A DNA stretch of 64,000 nucleotides, taken from NCBI RefSeq assembly GCF_009834535.1, contig NC_045696.1, positions 124,001-188,000 on the forward strand. Direction: 5' to 3'. The translations under genes were made by a program, and so were the position numbers. The notes below the pieces were generated by a model. That model saw only the letters and a program-made list of their open reading frames with translations. It was not told where the DNA came from and made no database searches. The stretch's first letter is position 1. The number at the start of each line of letters is the position of its first letter. Source of the stretch: Camelus ferus (lineage: Eukaryota). Shown in pieces: positions 1 through 13,100 of this stretch.

Positions 1-3000
1 TTTGCCTTCAAATCCCAAGAAGGGAGTGGACTTCAGGTTGTCTGTTTCCAAAATGAAACACAGGGAAACATTTGTTTCAAGTGGACATGAATTGCAGTAG
101 GATTGCTAGCAGTATTCTTTGCTTCTTCCCTTGGATGCCTTCTGTGGACATGGCAAGTTCTGGAAAAGCTGGGGTACTGAGGCTGAACTTGTGAAATGGC
201 CTATCCAAGTACTCACAGGCAGTAATTGACAGTGCACTGTGCTCTACCAAAATCGTGGATCACGTCAACTCACACAGCTGCAGATTGTTTCCCAAGAATG
301 AAAGGTTCTATGTCCTGTGGAAAACAGGTCGACTTATCTAGGTGTTAGTCTCACAAGAATGTTTTTCTCGCCATAAATTCATGCCAGCAAGAAGGCTTTT
401 CAAGATGGCTGAATTTGAGGAAAAATGTCAGGAAGCAGTGAAATCTTACAGAACATGAAGAGAGGCTCTTACGCCAAAGACAAAAGCCTCAAGTTTTAAA
501 ACTGCCAGAAGACCGAAAATTTCCTCATGTGCTTATTTGAAAGATGGAACAGTTTTCCAAGACTGGGTGAAGCTAACACAGTTAGCTTCATACTGTCCAA
601 TAGTCCTTCCAGCGTGTGAAAATATGCTCGATTGAGGCTTTCAGTGGGGGGAAATTGCAGATTTCACAGTGGGTTCAAATGCATGGCCTCACTCACCAGC
701 TAGAGATAGGACGGGTCCTCAATCACACTATTTACATGATCACAAAAGGCAGATGGAGGCTTCACACATACACTTTTTTCTCTAGTGACAAGTACCTAAA
801 AGCTGCATTTCACAGCCCCTCATTTTCAAGAGACATTCTGTCAACAAATTTTCCAACTTAGCAGGTGCCATTCCTAATGGCACATAATTAGGAGATGAAA
901 GGAATAAATTCAATGTGAGTGTGGGAGAAAGCCTATCAGCAGTTGGATATTGGATGGCTTCCCCAACACCAAATTTCTCTTATTCCTACAATGTAGTAGA
1001 AGGAAATTTATTCACATTTATTGTACTCCCATCATGGGTCTCCTATGAACGTTAGGGATGATATTATCGAAATTAGAAGACCCATTCAAACAATCCTCTT
1101 TCCACCTTGCTTAGAATGGTTTGTAACACCTTGGTCTGCTGGGGTGCTGTCAGTGTATCTATGATGAGTTTGAGCCAAGGAACTTCAGGACAGGAACCCA
1201 GGCTACTTAGAGAAACCGTGGAAAATCAAGGCTCTTTCATGTGCGATTTTTCTTCATCTATTCCGTTCCAGTCCTAGAGTGGAAAGATTGTATTAAGTTT
1301 GGCAGAAGAAGCTGCATAAAGAGAGTTCTTCTCCCAATTGTCTCACTTCTCTTTGCACGCTGTTTTGGAAAACTTTCAAGCTGGATAATATGTGACACAT
1401 CAAACCAAAGGGGAGCGATATTATTTCAGAAACATTATACAGATTTCTTTCCAAATCATAGTATCCGTTTTTCCCCATAATGGCATTAGGCAGAAATCTT
1501 CCTTACCTGTTTCATTTTGAAAAGGGAATCTGTTGCAAGATTCCATGCATGTAGACCAAAGTCACAAACACATTCCTGCAAGTAGCTTATCACAGTCTAT
1601 CTCAATTATGAAGAGCAGTTCAACAATTGTGAAAACCCTGATTCCTAGTGCATTAGGGGACAAGGTTTTGTGCAACACTGAAATAGATACATTTCAAAAA
1701 TGACTAAATATTCTATCTTGCTTAGAATTGATGGGGCGAAGTTTCTTCAAACTTGAGTTCTACAAACTGTGAATCGTTACAGGATTTATTGAACCGAAGC
1801 ATGAATCGTTCAAGAGAGAGTACCCTCAAAGCTGTCTTCTTTGTGCTATTCTTCCTATAGAAAATTTCATGAGAGCTGAAGTACAATATCTGAGTTCAAG
1901 GAACTACATAAGCTTATAAGAATGTGCAGATGGGCTGACTCCCGTCCCTGTAAATCAATGTGTCCCCAAAAATGCAGTGTAATTAACACTGGCCCATGTC
2001 AATATTCCTCCAAATAGGTATGTTTCTGAAGAAGAAATTTGCCTAAAAATCCACTGAATATGGTTTAATATGCACAAAAATCAACTTTCCTTATCGCTCT
2101 CCTGAGAGCTGCATTTGGCTGAGCTCAAATCTCTTCTTAACATCACCTTCCCCAGATGCACCTTCATAACATACAGGCAACCTCATGACATACATGGAAA
2201 TCATGGTTTTTATCATCAATTCCAAATAAGGGATTATGCCTAGTCCCTTCTGTTCACCAAAAGGACCACATGAGAAATATATTTGTGCAGATGATAAGGC
2301 TAAAGTTGACAATGTAAAGAGCATCCTTTACACATATCCTAAAATTCAGTCTGTGGAATGTGAAGATCAATGAGTAGCTCATGTATGAAGGACAATCTTG
2401 AACAGAAACCTCTCATATTACGGATGAACCATTATCTTTATTGGCAAAACTCTGCACATTCAAATTCGTGGAAAAATACAAACTAACATCTCCCCATGTA
2501 TATTCCAGATTTTCAAGATTTTAAATTCTTTGGGACACAAGACTCCAATCTCTAAGGCATTTTCCACGAATCTTTATAAGCTGTTAAATATGCATATGAG
2601 AATGATTTCAAAAAATTCTGAAGTGGAGGAAGGAAAGGCAGTTTGTACTGAAATCTTACAGAATATGGTGAAAGGACAGTGTGCAAAAAGGAGAAGACAC
2701 ATATTCCAAAAGTAGCAGAAGACTTAAAGCTTCTTCAATTGTTTGATCTTAAGGAGGGAAATGAAGGTCTGTGGGAGTTTAACTACTTTGGAATTAGTGG
2801 CACAAGTGAGACAGGGTGCATCTAACAAGAATTGCTTTCTCCTGTCCATGTAGACCTTTCAGCAAGTGGACGTTTGCTCAATTGACCTGTTCTCTAGGGG
2901 AACATTGGGATTAGCCTGGGAGTTTGAATGCATGGCCTCAATCACATGTAAGACATAGGGTATTTTCTCAATGCCTCAAAGTTGGTGATCCCAACAAGGA

Positions 3001-4067
3001 GAAGGGAATTTCCCACACAATATTTCCTGTAGTAACAAAAACCAAAAAGGCATTGCACAGCACCTAGGGACACTCTGTCAGTAATTTTTCCAACTTCACA
3101 GTCAATTGCCTAAATTGAACCAAAGTAGACATGAAGGGAGCTATCTCACTGTGAGTGTGTGATAAAGCCTAACACAGCTCGTAGTTATGCTTGCATCCCA
3201 ACAGAAATACTCCTTATCATAACAGTACATTTGAGGGATATTTTCTGCAATCATTGTATTCCCAATATGTGTAAAGTGTCAAGGTTTGGGCTGATGTGAG
3301 CGAAGTTACAAGACCCATTCATATTTCTTCTTTGCACCTTCATTCAGATGCTTCCAGTAAGCAGTGTCAAGTGAGGGGCTGTGGCTGATCCAAAGAGGAG
3401 CTGGTGCCCAGGTCGTTCAGGCAGGAACATAGAATAATTTTGGATACGGTGTAAATCAGTGCTCATGAAGTGTCCTGTGTATTTGCTGAACATTTTGCCA
3501 TTGATTCCCAGGTTACAATGAAGTCCAAAATTCAGAACAAAAGCTGGGAATGAAGAGATCTTCTCCCACTTCTGCTACCGTTGTTGTCCTGCTCTCCGGG
3601 AATGGTTTCAAACTGGGTTCAATTTGACATCTCAAGTTCAGGATGAGAGAAACATTTTCAGAACTCAGACATAGGCTTCTTTCCCATTCACAGTACCCAT
3701 TTTTTCCAGAACGGCACAAGACTGAAATCATCCTTACCCGATTCATTTCATGCAGTGAACATGTTGCAAGGTCCCGTACATGAAGCTAAATGTCGAAGAG
3801 ACACTCCTAAAAATGGATTTCTGCATTCACTCTCTTTCAATACGTTAGTTCAACTAAGAGAAAACCTATGATTCCTTATGGAATAGTAGCCAAGATCTTG
3901 CCAAACACTGACACATAGCCGTTTCTGACTGCCAAATTTCTGTGACTTGCAAACAAAGCATTGGTGTGAATTTCTTTCAAACATATGTTTTCCAAATTCA
4001 GTTGTGTTAAATCATTCATTTAAGAAAAGTATTCATTTAGGAGAGATTACCATCCAAGTTGTCTTCT
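1..4067. repeat. Diverged large-unit tandem repeat, unit ~2.2 kb (copy 1 ~1-2207, copy 2 ~2208-4067, cut by gap)
   Basis: Colinear matches at offsets of ~2.21-2.25 kb: CTTCAAATCCCAAGAAGGGA (6) vs CATCAATTCCAAATAAGGGA (2213); TGAAATCTTACAGAA (439 vs 2649); AATGCATGGCCTCA (678 vs 2927); GCTGTCTTCT (1831) vs GTTGTCTTCT (4058). Roughly 60-65% identity by eye. Confidence 0.85.
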
Positions 4068-4167
4068 NNNNNNNNNNNNNNNNNNNNNNNNNNNNNNNNN
4101 NNNNNNNNNNNNNNNNNNNNNNNNNNNNNNNNNNNNNNNNNNNNNNNNNNNNNNNNNNNNNNNNNNN
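4068..4167. other. Assembly gap (100 N)
   Basis: Exactly 100 N, a placeholder gap size. Confidence 0.99.
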
Positions 4168-7100
4168 AAGTATTTTCTCAGATTTTGCAGGCGTTTTCCA
4201 AGCGCCAGTTTAAAAATGAAGCAGTTTTCACAGAAAAATTCTCTTGAAGTGAGTTCTACCGAATCGACAAGTAGTTTAGATTGTTTCAATCAACGTGAAA
4301 TTCCACATTCCGAACATGGTACATGCATCACGGATTAGAAAAAAGATTCTTTAATATGTTGTGAAAATATGGATTACTGAACTTTCTTCCAACATAAAGG
4401 CATCTTTACACCTACAAATATTTTCTCTCATTTCGCAGCTTTATCCAAACATCACATTCGAGAATCAAGCAATTTTCGCTGAAATATTCTATTCTAGCTA
4501 GTTCTACCCAATAGAATTCTAATTTACATAGTTCCATTACCGTGAAATTCTGTTTTTCGAACGCGCTACATGAATCACGGTTTGAAAAATATTTACTACA
4601 CTCTTGTTAAAGTGTGGATTACCGGACTTTCATCCACCAATCAAGTCATATTGACACTTAGAAGCATTTTCTCATATTTCGAAGATATTTCCTAATGCCA
4701 GATTTGAAAATGAGGCAGATTTTGCAGAAAAATGCTCTTGGAGTGAGTTCTACCCAATAGACAGGTAATTTACATAGATGTGCTCATCATGACATTTTGT
4801 GTTCCGAACACATTTCATGTATCTCGGATTCGACAAATATTCACTACAGAGATGTTAGCATTTGGATTACCAATCTTACATCCACCATACCAGGCATATT
4901 TACACCTACAAGTATTTACTCTCATTTCGCAGTTTTATCCAAACGTCAAATTCGAAAATCATGCAATTTGCGCAGATAAATTCTATTCAAGCTAGATTCT
5001 ACCCAATAGAATTTTAATTTACATAGTTTCATTACCGTGAATTTCCGTGTTCCAAACACGCTAAATAAGTCACGGATTCGAAAAGTATTCCCTTCATAGT
5101 TGGTTACGTGGATTACCGGACTTAAATTCCCCATTCAAGGCATATTCACACTTAGAAGCATTTTCTCAGATTTCTCATGTTTTTCCTAACGCCAGTTTGG
5201 AAAATGAGGCTGATTTCACAGAAAATGTTCTTGGAGCCAGTTCTACCCAAAAGATATGTAATTTAACTAGTTCACTCACCGTGACATTCCGTGTCCTGAA
5301 AATGTTACATGCATCAAGGTTTCGACAATCATTCTTTAATGAGTGTGAGCACGTGGATTATCAAATTTTCATCCACCTTACAAGACATGTTTTCACCTAG
5401 AAACATTTACTCACATTTCGCAGAATTTTCCTAAAGTCAGTTTCGAAAATCAGGCAGTTTTCCCAGAAAAATCCTCTTGTTGCATGTTCCATTCAATAGA
5501 CATCTCATTTTCACAGATACCATCACCGTAACATTCCGTGTTCCTAAAAAAAGTTTCATGCACCAAGGATTCAACAAATATTCACTGCTGAGTTGATAGC
5601 ATGTGAATTACCGATCTTTAATAAACCATTGAAGACATATTGTCACCTTAAAATATTTAATCAGATTTCACAGCGTTTTCATAACACCAGTTTCGTAACT
5701 GAGGCAGATTTTTCAGTAAAACTCTCCTGGAGAGGGTTCTAACCAATAGATATGTAATATACATAGCTTCCCTCACCGAGAAAGACCGTGTTCCGAACAG
5801 GCTACATACATCAAGGATTTGAGAAACATTTTTAATGAGTTATGTACATGTGTATTACAGATCTTTCATCCACCATACAAGGCATATTGACACATAGAAA
5901 CATTAACTCTGAGTTCGCAGCTTTTCCCTAATAGCAGTTTCGAAAATCATGCAGTTTTCAAAGGAAATACATGTTGGAGCGTTTTCTACCCAATAGATAC
6001 GTAAATTACATAGATTCCCCCGCTGTGAAATTACATTTACCGATCACACCACATGCAGAAATGATTCGACAAAAATAAACTATAGAGTTGTTTGCATGAG
6101 GATGACAGGACTTTCATCACAATACAAGGCATATTGATGTTTAGAAGCATTTTCTCTGATTTCACAGAGCTTTCCAAATGCCAGTATCGAAACTGAGGCA
6201 GATTTCACGGCAAATCGTCTTGGAGCAGGTTCTAACTATAGACATGTAATAAACATGGATTCGATCACCGTGAAATTCCGTGTTCTGAACACACTACATG
6301 TATCTCGGATTCGACAAATATTCACTACATAGTTGTTAGCATGTGGATTACAGCACTTTCATCCACCCTACAAGGCTTACTGATACTTTGAAGAATTTTC
6401 TCAGAATTCAAAGATTAGTTTTAACGCCAGTTTAGAAAATGAGGCAGATTTGGCAGAAAAATATTCTAGGAGCGAGTTATACACAAAAGATATGTAATTT
6501 ACCTATGTTTTACTCACCGTGACATTCCGTGTTCTGAACACGTTACATGAATCACGGATTTGACAAACATACTTTAATGAGTTGTGAACATTTGTATTAT
6601 CGAACTTTCATCTTCCTTACAATGTATATTTACACATAGAAAGTTTATTCTGATTTAGTAGATTTCTCCTAATCTCAGTTTCTAAAATCATTCAGTTTTC
6701 ACAGAGATAACCTCTTGGAGCGAGTTCTATCCAATAGAAATGCAATTTACATAGAACCCATCAGCGTGAAATTCCGTGTTCCAAAATACATACACGCATG
6801 ACGGATTCGACAAATATTCACTACAGAATTGGTAGCATAAGAATTACCTAACATTCATCCACCATAAATGCCATATTGACACTTTGAAGCACTTTCCCAT
6901 ATTTCAAAAGATTTTCCTAATGCCAGTTTTGTAAATGAGGGCAGATTCACAAATAGATTCTCGTGGAGCAAGTACTTCCCAATAGAAATGTAATTTACAT
7001 AGTTTCCCTCACAGTGACATTCCAATTCCCGAACATGCTACATACTTCTCGGATTTGACAAACATTTTTAATGACTTATGTACATGTGTATTACAGAACT

Positions 7101-10100
7101 TTCATCCACCATACAAGGCATATTAAACCTAGAAACATTAACTCTGAATTTGAAGCTTTTCCAAATGCCAGTTTCGAAAATCATGCTGTTTTCTCCAGAA
7201 AAAATTTTTGGAGCGAGTTCTAACCAATAGACTTGAAATTTACATAGATTCCTTCTCCGGAAATTTCCGTCATACGATCACGCTACATGCATAGGCTTTC
7301 TACAATTAGTCACATCAGGTTTGTTTGCATGTGGCTTTATGAACTTCCATCACAATACAAGGCATATTGTCAGTTTCAATCATTTTCTCTGATTTTGAAG
7401 GAATTTCCAAATGCCAGTTTCGAAAATGAGGCAGATTTCGCAGAAAAAACTCTTGGATTGAGTTCTAACCAAGAGACATGTATTTTACCTAGATTCGCTC
7501 ACCGTGATATTCTGTGTTCCGAACACTCTTCATGTATCTCGGATTCGACAAATATTCTCTACAGAGTTGTTAGTATGCGGATTGCCGAACTTTCATCCAC
7601 CATACAAGGCATATTTACACCTACAATTGATTAATCTGAGTTCGCAGCTTATTCCTAACGCCAGTTTCAAAAATCAGGCTGTTATCTCAGGAAAAAACTC
7701 TTGGAGCGATTTCTAACCTAGGGAAATGTAATTTACATAAATTTCCTCACTGTGACATTCCGTGTTCTGATCATTCTACATGCAATACGGATTCGACAAA
7801 TATTCACTACAGATTTGTTAGCATGTGGATTACCGAACTTTCATCACAAAACATTGAATATTGATACTTAGAAGTATTTTCTCAGATTTTGCAGCGTTTT
7901 CCAAGCGCCAGTTTCAAAAATGAAGCAGTTTTCACAGAAAAATTCTCTTGAAGTGAGTTCTACCAATCGACAAGTAGTTTACATTTTTTCAATCACCGTG
8001 AAATTCCACGTTCCGAACATGGTACATGCATCACGGATTAGAAAAAAGATTCTTTAACATGTTGTGAAAATGTGGATTACCGAACTTTCTTCCAACATAA
8101 AGGCATCTTTACACCTACAAATATTTTCTCTCATTTCGCAGCTTGTCCAAACATCACATTCGAGAATCAAGCAATTTTCGCCAAAAAATTTTATTCTAGC
8201 TTATTCTACCCAATAGAATTCTAATTAACATAGTTTCATTACCGTGAATTTCTGTTTTCCGAACGCGCTAATAAGTCACGGATTCGAAAAGTATTCCCTT
8301 CATAGTTGGTTACGTGGATTACCGTAATTTAATTCCCCATTCAAGGCATCTTCACTCTTAGAAGCATTTTCTCCGATTTCTCAGGTTTTCCTAATGCCAT
8401 TTTGGAAAATGATGCTGATTTCACAGAAAATGTTCTTGGAGCCAGTTCTACCCAAAAGATATGTAATTTAAGTAGTACACTCACCGTGACATTCCATGTT
8501 CTGAACATTCTATATGAATAAAGGATTCGCCAAATATTCACTACATATTTGTTAGCATGTGGATTACCGAACTTTCATCACAAAACATTGAATATTGATA
8601 CTTAGAAGTATTTTCTCAGATTTTGCTGCGTTTTCCAAGCGCCAGTTTCAAAAATGATGCAGTTTTCACAGAAAAATTCTCTTGAAGTATCTTTAATATG
8701 TTGTGAAAATATGGATTACTGAACTTTCTTCCAACATAAAGGCATCTTTACACCTACAAATATTTTCTCTCATTTCGCAGCTTTATCCAAACATCACATT
8801 CGAGAATCAAGCAATTTTCGCTGAAATATTCTATTCTAGCTAGTTCTACCCAATAGAATTCTAATTTACATAGTTCCATTACCGTGAAATTCTGTTTTTC
8901 GAACGCGCTACATGAATCACGGTTTGAAAAATATTTACTACACTCTTGTTAAAATGTGGATTACCGGACTTTCATCCACCAATCAAGTCATATTGACACT
9001 TAGAAGCATTTTCTCATATTTCGAAGATATTTCCTAATGCCAGATTTGAAAATGAGGCAGATTTTGCAGAAAAATGCTCTTGGAGTGAGTTCTACCCAAT
9101 AGACAGGTAATTTACATAGATGTGCTCATCATGACATTTTGTGTTCCGAACACATTTCATGTACCTCGGATTCGACAAATATTCACTACAGAGATGTTAG
9201 CATTTGGATTACCAATCTTACATCCACCCTACCAGGCATATTTACACCTACAAGTATTTACTCTCATTTCGCAGTTTTATCCAAACGTCAAATTCGAAAA
9301 TCATGCAATTTGCGCAGATAAATTCTATTCAAGCTAGTTCTACCCAATAGAATTTTAATTTACATAGTTTCATTACCGTGAATTTCCCTGTTCCAAACAC
9401 GCTAAATAATTCACGGATTCGAAAAGTATTCCCTTCATAGTTGGTTACGTGGATTACCGGACTTAAATTCCCCATTCAAGGCATATTCACACTTAGAAGC
9501 ATTTTCTCAGATTTCTCATGTTTTTCCTAACGCCAGTTTGGAAAATGAGGCTGATTTCACAGAAAATGTTCTTGGAGCCAGTTCTACCCAAAAGATATGT
9601 AATTTAACTAGTTCACTCACCGTGACATTCCGTGTCCTGAAAATGTTACATGCATCAAGGTTTCGACAATCATTCTTTAATGAGTGTGAGCACGTGGATT
9701 ATCAAATTTTCATCCACCTTACAAGACATGTTTTCACCTAGAAACATTTACTCACATTTCGCAGAAATTTCCTAAAGTCAGTTTCGAAAATCAGGCAGTT
9801 TTCCCAGAAAAATCCTCTTGTTGCATGTTCCATTCAATAGACATCTCATTTTCACAGATACCATCACCGTAACATTCATGTTCCTAAAAAAAGTTTCAAT
9901 CACCAAGGATTCAACAAATATTCACTGCTGAGTTGATAGCATGTGAATTACCGATCTTTAATAAACCATTGAAGACATATTGTCACCTTAAAATATTTAA
10001 TCAGATTTCACAGCGTTTTCATAACACCAGTTTCGTAACTGAGGCAGATTTTTCAGTAAAACTCTCCTGGAGAGGGTTCTAACCAATAGATATGTAATAT

Positions 10101-13100
10101 ACATAGCTTCCCTCACCGAGAAAGACCGTGTTCCGAACAGGCTACATACATCAAGGATTTGAGAAACATTTTTAATGAGTTATGTACATGTGTATTACAG
10201 ATCTTTCATCCACCATACAAGGCATATTGACACATAGAAACATTAACTCTGAGTTCGCAGCTTTTCCCTAATAGCAGTTTCGAAAATCATGCAGTTTTCA
10301 AAGGAAATACATGTTGGAGCGTTTTCTACCCAATAGATACGTAAATTACATAGATTCCCCCGCTGTGAAATTACATTTACCGATCACACCACATGCAGAA
10401 ATGATTCGACAAAAATAAACTATAGAGTTGTTTGCATGAGGATGACAGGACTTTCATCACAATACAAGGCATATTGATGTTTAGAAGCATTTTCTCTGAT
10501 TTCACAGAGCTTTCCAAATGCCAGTATCGAAACTGAGGCAGATTTCACGGCAAATCGTCTTGGAGCAGGTTCTAACTTATAGACATGTAATAAACATGGA
10601 TTCGATCACCGTGAAATTCCGTGTTCTGAACACACTACATGTATCTCGGATTCGACAAATATTCACTACATAGTTGTTAGCATGTGGATTACAGCACTTT
10701 CATCCACCATACAAGGCTTACTGATACTTTGAAGAATTTTCTCAGAATTCAAAGATTAGTTTTAACGCCAGTTTAGAAAATGAGGCAGATTTGGCGAGAA
10801 AATATTCTAGGAGCGAGTTATACACAAAAGATATGTAATTTACCATGTTTTACTCACCGTGACATTCCGTGTTCTGAACACGTTACATGAATCACGGATT
10901 TGACAAACATACTTTAATGAGTTGTGAACATTTGTATTATCGAACTTTCATCTTCCTTACAATGTATATTTACACATAGAAAGTTTATTCTGATTTAGTA
11001 GATTTCTCCTAATCTCAGTTTCTAAAATCATTCAGTTTTCACAGAGAAAACCTCTTGGATCGAGTTCTATCCAATAGAAATGCAATTTACATAGAACCCA
11101 TCAGCGTGAAATTCCGTGTTCCAAAATACCTACACGCATGACGGATTCGACAAATATTCACTACAGAATTGGTAGCATAAAAATTACCTAACATTCATCC
11201 ACCATAAATGCCATATTGACACTTTGAAGCACTTTCCCATATTTCAAAAGATTTTCCTAATGCCAGTTTTGAAAATGAGGCAGATTCACAATAGATTCTC
11301 GTGGAGCAAGTACTTCCCAATAGAAATGTAATTTACATAGTTTCCTCACAGTGACATTCCAATTCCCGAACACGCTACATACTTCTGGATTTGACAAACA
11401 TTTTTAATGACTTATGTACATGTGTATTACAGAACTTTCATCCACCATACAAGGCATATATAAACCTAGAAACATTAACTCTTAATTTGAAGCTTTTCCA
11501 AATGCCAGTTTCGAAAATCATGCTGTTTTCTCCAGAAAAAATTTTTGGAGCGAGTTCTACCAATAGACATGAAATTTACATAGATTCCATCTCCGGAAAT
11601 TTCCGTCATACGATCACGCTACATGCATAGGCTTTCTACAATTAGTCACATCAGGTTTGTTTGCATGTGGCTTTATGAACTTCCATCACAATACAAGGCA
11701 TATTGTCAGTTTCAATCATTTTCTCTGATTTTGAAGGAATTTCCAAATGCCAGTTTCGAAAATGAGGCAGATTTCGCAGAAAAAACTCTTGGATTGGGTT
11801 CTAACCAAGAGATATGTATTTTACCTAGATTCGCTCACCGTGATATTCTGTGTTCCGAACACTCTTCATGTATCTCGGATTCGACAAATATTCTCTACAG
11901 AGTTGTTAGTATGCGGATTGCCGAACTTTCATCCACCATACAAGGCATATTTACACCTACAATTGATTAATCTGAGTTCGCAGCTTATTCCTAACGCCAG
12001 TTTCAAAAATCAGGCTGTTATCTCAGGAAAAAACTCTTGGAGCGATTTCTAACCTAGGGAAATGTAATTTACATAAATTTCCTCACTGTGACATTCCGTG
12101 TTCCAATCATTCTACATGCATCACGGATTTGACAAACATACTTTAGTGAGTTGTGAAGATTTGTATTATCGAACTTTCATCTTCCTTACAATGTATATTT
12201 ACACATAGAAAGTTTATTCTGATTTAGTATATTTCTCCTAAACTCAGTTTCTAAAATCATGCAGTTTTCACAGAGAAAACCTCTTGGAGCGAGTTCTATC
12301 CAATAGACATGCAATTTACATAGAACCCATCAGCGTGAAATTCCGTGTTCCAAAATGCATACACGCATGATGGATTCGACAAATATTCACTACAGAATTG
12401 GTAGCATAAGAATTACCTAACATTCATCCACCATAAATGCCATATTGACACTTTGAAGCACTTTCCCATATTTCAAAATATTTTCCTAATGCCAGTTTTG
12501 TAAATGAGGGAGATTCACAAAAACTTCTCGTGGAGCAAGTACTTCCCAATAGAAATTTAATTTACATAGTTTCCCTCACAGTGACATTCCAATTCCCGAA
12601 AATGCTACATACTTCTCGGATTTGACAAACATTTTTAATGAGTTATGTACATGTGTATTACAGAACTTTCATCCACCATACAAGGCATATTTAAACCTAG
12701 AAACATTAACTCTGAATTTGCAGCCTTTTCCAGATGCCAGTTTCGAAAATCATGCTCTTTTCTCCAGAAAAAATTTTTGGAGCGAGTTCTACCCAATAGA
12801 CTTGAAATTTACATAGATTCCATCTCCGGATATTTCCGTCATACGATCACGCTACATGCTTAGGCTTTCTACAATTAGTCACATCATGTTTGTTTGCATG
12901 TGGCTTTATGAACTTCCATGACAATACAAGGCATATTGTCAGTTTGAAGCATTTTCTTTGATTTTGAAGAAATTTCCAAATGCCAGTTTCGTAAATGAGG
13001 CAGATTTCGCAGAAAAATCTCTTGGATTGAGTTCTAACCAAGAGACATGTATTTTACGTAGAATCGCTCACCGTGATATTCTGTGTTCCGAACACTATTC

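Noticed and set aside
1293..1478. Similar minus-strand ORFs in the two 2.2-kb copies (GKNGY...SLK.F...GE.L)
   Set aside because: Manual codon comparison shows differences spread about equally over the three codon positions; similarity is explained by DNA duplication.
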